Source: a virus. From it: a DNA stretch of 64,000 nucleotides. Both the position numbers and the translations under genes were made by a program. Positions 50,701 to 61,498 of the stretch are shown here, one piece after another. A model generated the notes under the pieces. That model worked only from the letters and a program-made list of their open reading frames with translations. It was not told the DNA's origin and did no database searches. Position 1 is the first letter of the stretch. Each line of letters opens with the position of its first letter. The DNA lies in the IMG/VR virus record IMGVR_UViG_3300042346_001592, positions 1 through 64,000 of that record. One strand, given 5' to 3'.

Positions 50701-52335
50701 TCATAAATTTAACTTTATAGTAGTAAAGGGATAGTTTCTAGCTAGATAAAACTTCTGTCGTTCTATAAAGTGACGATAAAGTATGTTATTCATTTTAGTA
50801 CCATCAAATACATCAACTAGATCGAAAATAGTTGCTACTTTTTTCTGTTGATGTTTTCTAAGCGCACGACCGATAGATTGTATAATGATTTGTTCGGATT
50901 TGAATGAATCAGCAAAAACTACATTAAAAATAGCAGTGATAGACACCCCAGTTGAGAGTGTTCCGAAAGAAGCAACTAAAATTTTTACCTTATCATTTGT
51001 TATTTCCATTTGTTTTTTGATCTCTTCTCGCCTTTTACCACCAACTTCACCATCGATATAGAAAAATTCTTTATCTGGTAATTCTTTTGATAACTTCTCA
51101 AATATTCTTGTTCCATAATCAATATTATGAAAAAGAACGAGTGTATTATCTTGGCATTTATCAACTAGTTTTTTGATAAAGTCTAGACGCTTTTCTGAAG
51201 CTTGCATAGTATCTTTTTCTATCTGAAAAGCATCTCGACCAGCTCCTAACTTTTTGATTTCGTGAAGTCGTGTATTCAGTTCTGGATCCTGATGATTTAA
51301 GATAACACCTTTGATCTGCATTTGTGTGATAGCTCCTCTCTTTATAAGCTCATCGGCTTCGATTTGAGTAACTCTTGGACCTAAAACAGATTGTATAGTA
51401 AGAATCTCTAAACTATCATCCGAGGGAAATGTTCCAGATACACCAAACCTGTTATAGGCGTGACCGAAAGTTTTTTTAAGTATTGAAGTTAGTGTTTGGG
51501 CTTTGGTCATGTGAGCTTCATCGACTGCTACGGTATGAAACTGTGTGAAAAAACTTTTGGGCCATTTATCAAGTGATTGATAAGTTCCGATGTAGATATT
51601 TGGTTGATCAACACCTTGCCATCTTCTAGGCCTATCGGACATGATCTCTTCCATTTTAATTTTAGCCGGAGAATAATCAGGTTCAAGTTCCTTGATAGGA
51701 TCAATATTCCCACTACGAAAATCACAACGAGTTTCCCAGTTAGTTAGGTAGTTAAAACCATAGTTATACTCCATAATATTTTCATAAAACTGAGTTACCA
51801 GAGTTATCGTTGGAACAATAATCAGAAACTTTGCATCAGGGTTTATATTTTTCAAGATATAGAAAATAATAATCGAAAGCACGAGAGATTTACCGCCAGA
51901 GGTAGCTATCTCAGCCATACAATACCTGTTCTTTAAGACTTTGAAAGCTGTTGCTACTTGATAATCGTAAGGTTGAAAATCGATCCATTGCTCATCTTTT
52001 GTTTTGGTCTGGTGATTTTTGAAGAACTCTTTACAGAAGTTTTCTACACTCTCTAGAGTAACATCACGATTAAGTGGAAAATCTTCTTTATTCTCGATAC
52101 CAAAACCAGTTCCGACCTCTTTTAGAGCTTTGAGGCATTCTTTCCAAAGACCTAGATTAACTTTCCCATTATCGAAGTAGGATTGGTCTCCTCTCCAGAT
52201 CCCCATTTTATAGGCAGGCATATACTGGTAACCTTTAACTTTTCTTGTTAGCCAAAGATTTAACTGGTGATACTCTGTTCTAGTAGAATCAGAAACTATC
52301 AATTTTTCTGAAGCCTTGTCGTAACGAAATTTCAA
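50701..52335 (-). CDS. uvsW: SF2 DNA helicase (T4 UvsW-like)
   Basis: PYDYQ, ATSGGKSL, IIVPT..LV.Q, VDEAH, SGT, STGVSI, QSIGRALR. Confidence 0.9.
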   Translation of the reverse strand: MKFRYDKASEKLIVSDSTRTEYHQLNLWLTRKVKGYQYMPAYKMGIWRGDQSYFDNGKVNLGLWKECLKALKEVGTGFGIENKEDFPLNRDVTLESVENFCKEFFKNHQTKTKDEQWIDFQPYDYQVATAFKVLKNRYCMAEIATSGGKSLVLSIIIFYILKNINPDAKFLIIVPTITLVTQFYENIMEYNYGFNYLTNWETRCDFRSGNIDPIKELEPDYSPAKIKMEEIMSDRPRRWQGVDQPNIYIGTYQSLDKWPKSFFTQFHTVAVDEAHMTKAQTLTSILKKTFGHAYNRFGVSGTFPSDDSLEILTIQSVLGPRVTQIEADELIKRGAITQMQIKGVILNHQDPELNTRLHEIKKLGAGRDAFQIEKDTMQASEKRLDFIKKLVDKCQDNTLVLFHNIDYGTRIFEKLSKELPDKEFFYIDGEVGGKRREEIKKQMEITNDKVKILVASFGTLSTGVSITAIFNVVFADSFKSEQIIIQSIGRALRKHQQKKVATIFDLVDVFDGTKMNNILYRHFIERQKFYLARNYPFTTIKLNL

Positions 52336-52448
52336 TCCGTGAGATAATTTTAAGTTATATATGAAAAAAGTGATAAAGTGTTGCCTGAAAAAAACTTTGG
52401 ATGAAAAAGGAATATATTATATATAAAAATAAAAAAAATAAACAACCT

Positions 52449-52793
52449 ATGAGTATTTTAAATTACTTTAAGAAAATGTTGGGTTTTCAAACTCAAGAAA
52501 CTTCGCAAGAACTACCCACAGTAGAGACAGCTGTTGTAGCAGAAACTACAATAAATGTTCTTCCTTATAAAGAAGAGAGAATTTACGAGATTAGTCCAGA
52601 ACCTCTCAAAATGGAGGCAGAGCCAGCGGTTGTCAATCCACAGATTACCGATGCTGTAACTCAACAAGAGGCACCAAAAAAGAAAAAAGTAAAAAAGTCA
52701 AAACCTGTAACTGAAGAGAAAGTATCAGAAGCTAAACCAAAAGCAACTGTTGGTGAGATTAAGTCTGGGGCTAAAAAGACCGGTAAGAAATAA
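52449..52793 (+). CDS. Hypothetical protein with Lys-rich tail (probable start MSILNYF)
   Basis: ATG 52449 after A-rich leader and AAAC-N17-TATAT at 52392-52417. Confidence 0.6.
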   Translation: MSILNYFKKMLGFQTQETSQELPTVETAVVAETTINVLPYKEERIYEISPEPLKMEAEPAVVNPQITDAVTQQEAPKKKKVKKSKPVTEEKVSEAKPKATVGEIKSGAKKTGKK

Positions 52794-52838
52794 ATCTGTT
52801 GTTATATTTTGAACTAACTCAAAAAATAACTTAATGTT

Positions 52839-52970
52839 TTGAAATACGATTATATTGAGATAGGTATCTCGAATACGGAAAATCTTTGCCAAAAATATCC
52901 AGATGGAATAGGAATAACCATAGAGCCACTGAAATTTTATTTTGATAGAATGAACTACACAACGACCTAA
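52839..52970 (+). pseudogene. Truncated FkbM-like methyltransferase N-terminal fragment
   Basis: TTG start, KYDYIEIGISNTENL...GITIEPLKFYFDR then stop after 43 aa. Confidence 0.45.
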
Positions 52971-53210
52971 GATTGTTGTGTTTTGGGCTTATCAAAGATC
53001 TTCTTTTTAGAGGTTTTTTATATCTTTTTCTATATTTTTCTGGTATTATTTGAGATTCACATACATGATCTGAACTTTTTATATTATTTAGATACTATTT
53101 TAGAAATTTATTATAGAAGCTAAAGACTTCTGTTGTTTCTATGACCAGACATATAAATTTTCAACTCACTTGAACTAAAATATAAAAAAAAAATATAATA
53201 CTAATAATTT

Positions 53211-54146
53211 ATGAATATAAATAAAAAGTACCTCATAACAGGATCTGATGGATTAGTGGGTTCTGCTTTGAAAAGATTATTAGGACAAGGACATATTTTT
53301 CACGAAAAAAAAGAAATAGATCTATTGAATAGAGAAGAAACAAAAGAATATTTTCGATATCACTGCGAGAATAATGGAGTAAATGCTGTTATACACTGCG
53401 CCGCAAAAGTTGGAGGTGTTCAAGCCAACATGAACAACAACAAAGATTTTTTTTTACAAAATTTTATTATAAACAACAATGTGGTAGAATCTCTCATAGA
53501 AAATGAAGTTCCTTTTTTTGTAAATCTTCTTTCGACTTGTATTTTTCCAGATAAAAATATTCTTTATCCATTAACATCGGACCAAATCAATATGGGTGAT
53601 CCTCATCCTTCTAACCACGGATATGCATTCGCAAAGAGACTTTCTGGTGATTTAACCAAAATGATAAGAAAAATTTATGGACACAACTGGATCTCAGTGG
53701 TTCCAACGAATGTTTATGGTGAATTCGACAATTTCAACTTAGAGAACGGTCACTTGGTACCCGCTATAATCCATAGGTCTTTTTTATCCAAAACAAGTTC
53801 ACAACCTATGATTTTGTGGGGGGATGGTAGCCCTCTCAGACAACTCATTTATTCGGAAGATTTAGCTAGATTGATAATCTGGGCTCTTGAAAATTGGAAT
53901 GTAGACAAACCTTTTATGGCTGTAAACCCAAAAGAACATAGTGTTTTAGAAATAGCAACAATTATTTGCGAAAAAATGGAAATATTATCTAAAGATCTCA
54001 TTCTAGACCCAAATAAACCAACAGGACAATTTAAGAAAACAGCATCCACCGATGCACCCACAGATTTCAAATTCACAGATTTGCACTTAGGGATAGAAAA
54101 AACTATAACTTGGTTTAAAAAAAATTATCCCAACATTAGATCATGA
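53211..54146 (+). CDS. GDP-L-fucose synthase / GDP-colitose synthase (Fcl/ColC family)
   Basis: TGSDGLVG, HCAAKVGG, STCIFP, YAFAK, PTNVYG.FDNF, WGDGSPLR. Confidence 0.92.
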   Translation: MNINKKYLITGSDGLVGSALKRLLGQGHIFHEKKEIDLLNREETKEYFRYHCENNGVNAVIHCAAKVGGVQANMNNNKDFFLQNFIINNNVVESLIENEVPFFVNLLSTCIFPDKNILYPLTSDQINMGDPHPSNHGYAFAKRLSGDLTKMIRKIYGHNWISVVPTNVYGEFDNFNLENGHLVPAIIHRSFLSKTSSQPMILWGDGSPLRQLIYSEDLARLIIWALENWNVDKPFMAVNPKEHSVLEIATIICEKMEILSKDLILDPNKPTGQFKKTASTDAPTDFKFTDLHLGIEKTITWFKKNYPNIRS

Positions 54147-55297
54147 AAAAAATTACCTTAATTAAAGATACAATAGATGAGCATGATATCGGAAATTTAA
54201 TAAACTGGTTACAAAAAAATCCTAGATTGACCAAAGGTGATTATACTATTCAATTCGAACAAGAATGGTCAAAATGGTTAGGTGTAAAATTTTCAGTTTT
54301 CGTCAATTCAGGGTCATCAGCAAATTTAGCATCAATATATTCACTTTATTTATCTGGTAAATTAAAAAACAAAAAAGTGGTAATTCCTGCTGTGTCGTGG
54401 GCTACTACAGTTTCACCAATAATTCAACTAGGCCTGGATCCAATAATGTGTGATTGTGATAGAGAAAATTTGGGTTTGGATATAAATTCACTACAAAAAA
54501 TAATAGAATTTGAAGATCCTGGTGCTATAATACTAGTTCATGTTCTTGGAGTACCCAATAAAATGGATGAAATAATAGATATATGTAAAAAAAATAATAT
54601 TTTATTGGTAGAAGATACCTGCGAATCTATTGGTTCAATGTATAGAGGCAAAAAATTAGGAAATTTCGGGGATATTTCAACTTTTTCATTTTATTTTGGT
54701 CACCATATGTCAACAATAGAAGGTGGTATGATATCTACCGATAATGAGGAATTATACCATATTTTATTATCTATAAGATCGCATGGATGGGATAGAGATT
54801 TACCAAAATCAAAACAAAAAGATCTCAGAAAAAAATATTCTATTGATGATTTTAGTGCACTTTATACCTTTTATTACCCTGGTTTTAATATAAGATCTAC
54901 GGATCTACAAGCTTTTATAGGCCTGGAACAACTAAAAAAAATCAACGATATAATAGATAAAAGAAATAAAAATTATGAATTTTATCACAGTCAAATAAAA
55001 AATAATTTTTGGAAAATTGAACCGCCGAATGATTCTTTTATAAGCAACTTTGCCTATCCAATAATTTCACCAAGCAGATCTAATTTAATAAAAGAGTTAG
55101 AAAAAAACAATATTGAATGTAGACCACTCATTTGTGGTTCTATGTCAAAACAACCATTCTGGTATGAAAGATATGGTCAAGGTTCTTTCCCAAATAGTAA
55201 TCTTGTGCATGAATTAGGAATTTACGTGCCAAACAACCATCAACTAGAAAGTGAGGAAATAAAATTAATAGTAGAAGTAATTAATAAATCTATATGA
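54143..55297 (+). CDS. colD: GDP-4-keto-6-deoxy-D-mannose 3-dehydratase (ColD-like)
   Basis: DegT fold with His in the catalytic Lys position (FSFYFGHHMSTIEGG), NSGSSAN, EDTCES, RSHGW; no RfbH-type Cys cluster. Confidence 0.75.
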   Translation: MKKITLIKDTIDEHDIGNLINWLQKNPRLTKGDYTIQFEQEWSKWLGVKFSVFVNSGSSANLASIYSLYLSGKLKNKKVVIPAVSWATTVSPIIQLGLDPIMCDCDRENLGLDINSLQKIIEFEDPGAIILVHVLGVPNKMDEIIDICKKNNILLVEDTCESIGSMYRGKKLGNFGDISTFSFYFGHHMSTIEGGMISTDNEELYHILLSIRSHGWDRDLPKSKQKDLRKKYSIDDFSALYTFYYPGFNIRSTDLQAFIGLEQLKKINDIIDKRNKNYEFYHSQIKNNFWKIEPPNDSFISNFAYPIISPSRSNLIKELEKNNIECRPLICGSMSKQPFWYERYGQGSFPNSNLVHELGIYVPNNHQLESEEIKLIVEVINKSI

Positions 55298-56286
55298 AAA
55301 AAGTATTAATAACTGGAATAAACGGCCAAGATGGATCTTATCTGGCGGAGTTTTTATTAGAAAAAAATTATAAGGTCTTTGGAACTTTAAAACGTAATTC
55401 GGTATCAGAAAACCAAACATACAGAATAGAAAAAATACACGATAGTGTTAATCTCGATTATGCCGATATGACCGATCTATCCTCGTTGATAAGTGTTATA
55501 AAAAAAGTAAAACCAGACGAAATATATAATCTTGCGGCTCAGTCACATGTTCGTATATCATTCGACCAGCCAATTTATACAGCTAACGTAACGGCCATAG
55601 GTACTCTGAATTTGTTAGAAGCAGTGAAAATTATAGATACAAACATCAAAGTTTATCAAGCCTCTTCTTCTGAAATGTTTGGAAATAATATTGATCCTGA
55701 TGGTTTTCAAAGAGAAACAACACCTATGAGTCCGGTCTCACCCTATGGATGTTCCAAAGTTTTTAGCTACAATATATGTAGAAATTATAGATATTCCTAT
55801 GGTTTATTTGTATCTAATGGTATATTATTTAATCACGAATCACCCAGAAGAGGAACAAATTTCGTGACTAACAAGGTATGTAAAGAAGCAGTAAGAATTA
55901 GTCTTGGATTATCTGAAAGACTAAAACTAGGTAATCTCGAGGCCACAAGAGATTGGGGACACGCAAAAGATTATGTTAAGGCTATGTGGCTTATTTTACA
56001 ATTGAAAAAGCCAGATGATTTTGTGTGCTCAACAGGTTTATCACATTCAGTTAGAGATTTGTGTGAATATGTTTTTTCTAAATTGAAATTAGATTACAAA
56101 AACCACGTAGAAATTGATCAAAAATTCTTGAGGCCAGAAGAACTGAACCATCTGAAAGGCGATAGTAGTAAACTCATTTCAGCTACCGGTTGGAAACCCG
56201 AATATAATTTTGAGAGTATGTTGGATGAAATGATTGAATATTGGTTAGGTTTTTACAATAAACAAACAGATAAGAATATAGAATAA
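55294..56286 (+). CDS. gmd: GDP-mannose 4,6-dehydratase
   Basis: ITGINGQDGSYLAE, YNLAAQSHV, YQASSSE, SPYG.SK, NHESPRRG. Confidence 0.96.
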   Translation: MKKVLITGINGQDGSYLAEFLLEKNYKVFGTLKRNSVSENQTYRIEKIHDSVNLDYADMTDLSSLISVIKKVKPDEIYNLAAQSHVRISFDQPIYTANVTAIGTLNLLEAVKIIDTNIKVYQASSSEMFGNNIDPDGFQRETTPMSPVSPYGCSKVFSYNICRNYRYSYGLFVSNGILFNHESPRRGTNFVTNKVCKEAVRISLGLSERLKLGNLEATRDWGHAKDYVKAMWLILQLKKPDDFVCSTGLSHSVRDLCEYVFSKLKLDYKNHVEIDQKFLRPEELNHLKGDSSKLISATGWKPEYNFESMLDEMIEYWLGFYNKQTDKNIE

Positions 56287-56326
56287 TTTAAGTTCTTTAA
56301 ATAGATATTAAAAATAAATTATCAAA

Positions 56327-57171
56327 ATGTCATACATAACAAAAACAAATTTAACTCTGAATGCTTTTTTCGGTTCGCAGATTACACAGTTTGCTGGTCT
56401 ATATGCTGTTTCTAGACATTTAGGAATAGAAATAAAAATTTTTCGAGAATATATAAATACCATCTGGGACAATAAATGTTATCCTATTCAACTATTTAAT
56501 GCCTTTGAATTAGATCATTATCTATGTTCAACCGAAGATGTCCAACCAATAGATAAAACTTATAATTTACAGAATACAATAAAAGATGATGATGTATTTA
56601 AATTGGATTCGAATTTTAATTGGGATATCCAGGGTTATTTTCATACATATCATTATTGGCATGAATATAGGAATGATTTAATCAAAATATTGAATTTCAA
56701 AAAAGAAATTACAGAATTAGCAAAAAAAAAAATATCGAACTCATCAAAGGTAGTGATCAAATACCAATAATATCACTACACGTTCGTAGAGGTGATTACC
56801 TACAACTTTCATCTTTGAATTTATCACTCAACTATTTCAAAAAATCCATATCTATTTTTTCAACTTTGTTTGAAAAATTTAAAATTGTTGTTTTTTCAGA
56901 TGATATATCCTGGTGTAAGGATAATATCATTAGTGAACATATATACTTTTCAGAAAATAATTCAAATCATGTAGATATGTGTATGATGACTATGTGCGAT
57001 CATAATATTATAGCAAATAGCAGTTTTAGTTTTTGGGGCGCGTATTTGAATCAACATCAAAATAAGATTGTAATTTGTCCTAAAATGTATATTGGTCTAA
57101 GTGACCAAATTCATCAATTTATTAATTATAACTGGTATCTGAAAGAATGGATTTCTTTAGATATAATCTGA
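56327..57171 (+). pseudogene. GT11 alpha-1,2-fucosyl/colitosyltransferase split by a frameshift at an A11 tract
   Basis: ORF1 has GSQ and QGYF; the other frame after 56732 reads NIELIKGSDQIPIISLHVRRGDY and continues into FSDDI.WC, ANSSFSFWGAYL. Confidence 0.85.
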
Positions 57172-57188
57172 AAAGTAGTAGAATTATT

Positions 57189-57974
57189 CTATTTTTTCAT
57201 AGAATGGTATACATTTTTTATACCTTGTTCTGTACCAACATATTCTAAAAGCATTTGAGGAACGCCACAATACTTTTCTGCTACTCCATGTTGTTCAATT
57301 CTAATATTAACTTTGTGACTATCTAATTCATTAATTATATTTGCAATGTCTAATAAACTATACGATTTTTGATATGAACAATCTATTTCTTTTGGTGGAT
57401 TTTCATTTTGAATATAATAATCAACCAATGAAACTAAATCTTTCATATAAAAGAAATCCATAAATTTATCTTGGTGTATAATTATTTGCTCTTTATTTAT
57501 GTATCGTTTTATATTTCCTTTAATAAATCGTGTATCTAACTCATTTTCATCAAACACAGCAAATATCCTAATATTGTAAAAATTTTCTTGCTCCAATATA
57601 GATTTAGCTATTACTCTTTTACTCAACCCATATGGAGATTCTGGTTGAGTTATTTCTGCACCCGAACCAAAGTGGATTAATTTTCCAAATCTATCCCTAC
57701 AATTGAGCAGGTTATAATACATTTGAAGGTTATTATCCATATCATTGGTAATATCCTCTTTAAGTCTACTACCACCGCTTACAGCACAATGAATTACTAC
57801 ATCAAAATATTTGTGTTTTAGATATGAATCCAATACTTTAAAATGATTTAAATCAAAGTTATTTCTGGTTAGTGTGGTTATTTCATATGAATTTTTCAAT
57901 GAATTATATAAACTTTTAGCTATATAACCATTACCACCTGTTATTAATACTTGTCGCTTATTTTCTATTGGCAT
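57189..57974 (-). CDS. NAD-dependent epimerase/dehydratase/reductase (SDR)
   Basis: ITGGNGYIA, VIHCA, GSGAE, YGLSK. Confidence 0.88.
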   Translation of the reverse strand: MPIENKRQVLITGGNGYIAKSLYNSLKNSYEITTLTRNNFDLNHFKVLDSYLKHKYFDVVIHCAVSGGSRLKEDITNDMDNNLQMYYNLLNCRDRFGKLIHFGSGAEITQPESPYGLSKRVIAKSILEQENFYNIRIFAVFDENELDTRFIKGNIKRYINKEQIIIHQDKFMDFFYMKDLVSLVDYYIQNENPPKEIDCSYQKSYSLLDIANIINELDSHKVNIRIEQHGVAEKYCGVPQMLLEYVGTEQGIKNVYHSMKK

Positions 57975-58015
57975 ATATTAGATTATATATGTAATAAACT
58001 CTTTTATTTTTTTGT

Positions 58016-58771
58016 TTATTTTTTTCTAAATACAGCTAAATAATTTACTAATTGTTTGTCTAAAACCATTTCTACAAGTTCAAAACTATCTTGAAGTTCT
58101 TGGTTTTGTTTATCATGTAAAAAATGAGATTTAATTACTCCAGTATGTTCAGCCATTAAAAGATCTTCTGTAAGTAATGAATTGTCATATTTAAATTTAC
58201 CTCGTGTATATCTTGGATTTTGTAAGTCTTCCATAAAATAATATCCACCTGATTTAATAATATCTTTGGCTTGCCATAAACTTACAATCATATGATTAGG
58301 CCAATGACTACCATCTTCTACAAAGAAATCAAAATCATTAGGGCATTCTTGTTTAATTTCATTCCAATCACAAAAATTTCCTTGATCAGCATATATAAAA
58401 TTAACTCCCCATTCATTAATCATATTGATTTCTTCTATTTTATCTGTCAAATATGAGCCCCAAAAATTATCAACACAATATAAATCAATATCTTTAAAAT
58501 AAGAAAGCCACATTTTAGGAGAGGCATAAGGAAATCTTTTATCGCAAATCCCTATTTCAAATAATTTAATAGAGGTTTGTCTGTATGGAGCCATATATTT
58601 TTCATAAGTTTCTGTGTAACCCCAACATATGTGTTCCGGCCAGTCTTTTCCCCATGAAAGAGTAGCCTTATCAGCTGTACCTTTATCTGTTTCTAGATTA
58701 TTAGCTATCTCTGTTAGAGTTTTACTTTTATCAAAAAAAGTATTGTTTTTTGTTTTTTTAAAAAATTGCAT
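58016..58771 (-). CDS. Class I SAM methyltransferase, sugar O-methyltransferase-like
   Basis: TDKG, LFEIG, ADQG, VEDGSH, GGYYFMED. Confidence 0.7.
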   Translation of the reverse strand: MQFFKKTKNNTFFDKSKTLTEIANNLETDKGTADKATLSWGKDWPEHICWGYTETYEKYMAPYRQTSIKLFEIGICDKRFPYASPKMWLSYFKDIDLYCVDNFWGSYLTDKIEEINMINEWGVNFIYADQGNFCDWNEIKQECPNDFDFFVEDGSHWPNHMIVSLWQAKDIIKSGGYYFMEDLQNPRYTRGKFKYDNSLLTEDLLMAEHTGVIKSHFLHDKQNQELQDSFELVEMVLDKQLVNYLAVFRKK

Positions 58772-58855
58772 ATTATTATTGGTTTATCGGTTTAAAATTT
58801 AGTGTGGAGTATAAGCTTTTTATAATATAATTGTTACCTCTTGTGATTAATATTT

Positions 58856-59896
58856 TCATAAAATAGTGTGATTAAACTTATTTGAAATTAAAAGAAATTC
58901 CAATAATATAGAATCTTCTATAGGTATACCATTAATCTTTCTATGTTCATATGACATTTTTTCTTTATCACCTGCTATCATAACATCATTTGTTCCCACT
59001 TTTGGTAAATTCCTAATTTGAGTAGCCATATCTGAAAGATAACCTTTAAACCAATCAACAGATACAAACTTAGAGATATCTAACGCCATAAAAAAGTGGC
59101 TTATATTTCTATCATATGTTATGGATAAGTCATAAAGGGGTGCAATCTGCTTACTCATTGGGCCCGTGGTCAGTCCTGAACATAATATTTCAATAAACAT
59201 TCCTAGTCCAAATCCTTTATAGCCGCCAACACTATTGAGTGATACGGCTTGATGAGGATCTATAGTTGGTTGTCCATTATTATCATAGGCCCATTCTAAT
59301 TTTAGGGGCTTATTTTGTCTTTTATAATTTTTAACTTTATTCCAAGGTATTGTAGAAGTTGCCATATCTAAACAATAAGGATTTTCATCTCTCATTGGGG
59401 CTGAAAAAGCTATTGGATTAGTTCCAAAAAAAGTTTCTTTGCTACCATAAGCATTGACCAATGCTTCAGTATTAGTTAATGCCAACCCAATCATTTCATA
59501 TCTTGCAGCAATATCAGTAAAGTACCAAGCTGCACCGAAATGTGTTGAGTTCTTTACACTAACAACCCCAATTCCAGTATGTTGTGCTAATTGAATTGCT
59601 TCTAACATAGCTTTTTTTCCAGCAAAATGTCCAAATGTATTTTTAGCATCTAGTATAGATACAGAAGGACTTTTTTGCTTTATTTCAATGTTAGAATTCT
59701 TGTTGAGCCTATTAAGATTTAATTCCTTATAATAGTGTGGAAATAAGTGAATACCATGAGAGTCAACACCTTTTAAAGAGGTTTCAATTAGCGATTCAGT
59801 TACTGTATTAGCAACTTCAGCCTCAACACCAGTTGATAACATACACTCATACATTACTGCTCTGAATTTGTTAGAATCAATTAAAACCATTCTCAA
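58856..59896 (-). CDS. Ldh_2 family oxidoreductase (malate/L-lactate/sulfolactate dehydrogenase)
   Basis: GVDSHG, NSTHFGA, GTNPIAF, DMATS, GYKGFGL. Confidence 0.9.
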   Translation of the reverse strand: MRMVLIDSNKFRAVMYECMLSTGVEAEVANTVTESLIETSLKGVDSHGIHLFPHYYKELNLNRLNKNSNIEIKQKSPSVSILDAKNTFGHFAGKKAMLEAIQLAQHTGIGVVSVKNSTHFGAAWYFTDIAARYEMIGLALTNTEALVNAYGSKETFFGTNPIAFSAPMRDENPYCLDMATSTIPWNKVKNYKRQNKPLKLEWAYDNNGQPTIDPHQAVSLNSVGGYKGFGLGMFIEILCSGLTTGPMSKQIAPLYDLSITYDRNISHFFMALDISKFVSVDWFKGYLSDMATQIRNLPKVGTNDVMIAGDKEKMSYEHRKINGIPIEDSILLEFLLISNKFNHTIL

Positions 59897-60266
59897 TAAA
59901 GTTTAAAGTATCATTCCAATTATTAAATCTATAACCATTATCATCTATGTATAAAAAGGCCCTAGGTTTCTCTGATGTTATTTCTGAGATGTAATCTAAT
60001 ATATTGTGCTTCTCTAACCACTCAGATACAAGTTGAGTGCCAGTCTTACCATTTACTAGTGGTCGGTTTGGTTTTGCCTTGGCGGTAAATATGATTATGT
60101 TGTATTGTGTAGCTAGTTTTTTAATAGCATCTAGTGATCCAGGTAAAGGTTCACCATAACAGGTGCCATCGTGAAAACCCTTGTCGAAGTTGTGAATGAC
60201 CCCATCAAAGTCAATCGCAATGTTATTGACATCATTTTCAAATCCAGGTGGGAATTTATCTATCAT
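59877..60266 (-). CDS. Small HAD-like phosphatase
   Basis: IAIDFDGVIH, IFTA, KP, YIDD. Confidence 0.8.
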   Translation of the reverse strand: MIDKFPPGFENDVNNIAIDFDGVIHNFDKGFHDGTCYGEPLPGSLDAIKKLATQYNIIIFTAKAKPNRPLVNGKTGTQLVSEWLEKHNILDYISEITSEKPRAFLYIDDNGYRFNNWNDTLNFIENGFN

Positions 60267-60936
60267 ACTTTTGTATTGTCATTATAATAGTATTGTCAGT
60301 CACACCATCTAGTTGACTTGATACTTGTTTAATAATATTTGCGAAACCTACATCACCAGGAATAGTGACTAGGTGAGCTCTGTTGTTGATGTTTCGAACT
60401 AAACCACCTCTAAGAAATATGAGTAGATCTGTGTCTTTTTTTTTGTTTATAACATCTATGTCATTTATGTTTTCTACTGTAAGAGTGTTCCCACCAAAAT
60501 CGTAGATGTATGATTGGTTAAGTTCCGGTTCTTTGATCCAAAGGCAATCAGACTCTTTCGGATACTCAAAGCTATTATTCTCATATGGTTTAGACTCTCT
60601 TCCATATTTATCAAACAATCGAACCAGGTCATGTTTATCTTTTGGAGTCTCAATCTCAAGTAATAATACCTGGTCGGATAATGCTTTAGTTTGATGAAAC
60701 AATCCTCTACGGATCATAACCTTATCTAAACCTTGTAGTATTCTCTTATCACTTAAAAAAGATATCTCTGCAATTCCGTCTAAAAGAACTAATCCTGTGG
60801 TTTTAGTTGGGTGGCAATGCATTGAGGTACTTTGATCTTTCTTAATATTAAGAAACCACAAACCTACTTCCTCATTCTCATAAGCAAGATACTCATACCC
60901 CCATGGTTTTTTTACAATGTTTTTATTATGACTCAT
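60256..60936 (-). CDS. Cupin protein (mannose-6-phosphate isomerase-like)
   Basis: KKPWGYE, TSMHCH..K, FHQT, EIETP..K.DLVR..D.YGR. Confidence 0.75.
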   Translation of the reverse strand: MSHNKNIVKKPWGYEYLAYENEEVGLWFLNIKKDQSTSMHCHPTKTTGLVLLDGIAEISFLSDKRILQGLDKVMIRRGLFHQTKALSDQVLLLEIETPKDKHDLVRLFDKYGRESKPYENNSFEYPKESDCLWIKEPELNQSYIYDFGGNTLTVENINDIDVINKKKDTDLLIFLRGGLVRNINNRAHLVTIPGDVGFANIIKQVSSQLDGVTDNTIIMTIQKYDR

Positions 60937-61480
60937 GACTTAACTTATTATAGGTTTCTATTAACTCTTTCATCCAATGGCCAACCCATTTATAGTGTGG
61001 ACTACTTATAATATTATTATCAACTACTGCGGGTGCATCAACAAATATAGCTCCGGCATTCCAAATATCTTGTTCCATGCTATAATAAGCAGACACTTTT
61101 CTTCCTTGTAAGATTTTTGCTGTGATAAGCATTTGCGCACCAGAACAGATGCTTCCAATAATCTTGCCTAGTTTATTCCATTTAATAATAAACTTAACTG
61201 CTGTAACTTCTAAACGAAGCTTTTCTAATGATATTACACCACCTGGGATGATAAGAATATCATATTCGTTTAGGAATTTTTCAAACTTGTCTAGATCTTG
61301 TAGATCCTTAAGCAAAAAATGACTTGGAATTGATCCTCCTAATATTCCTTTTACCTTATTGATAGTATTTGATATAACATCTACTTGAAATCCTTCTTCG
61401 AGTAGACGATAGTATGGATAAATGGCTTCGTAGTCTTTATAACCTTCATAGGTCATTATTAATGCTTTATTTTGTTTCAT
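60926..61480 (-). CDS. DJ-1/PfpI family protein
   Basis: DYE..YP, IIPGG, SICSGAQML (nucleophile Cys), VVDNNIIS. Confidence 0.88.
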   Translation of the reverse strand: MKQNKALIMTYEGYKDYEAIYPYYRLLEEGFQVDVISNTINKVKGILGGSIPSHFLLKDLQDLDKFEKFLNEYDILIIPGGVISLEKLRLEVTAVKFIIKWNKLGKIIGSICSGAQMLITAKILQGRKVSAYYSMEQDIWNAGAIFVDAPAVVDNNIISSPHYKWVGHWMKELIETYNKLSHES

Positions 61481-61498
61481 GTTGCTTTTATATTTTTA

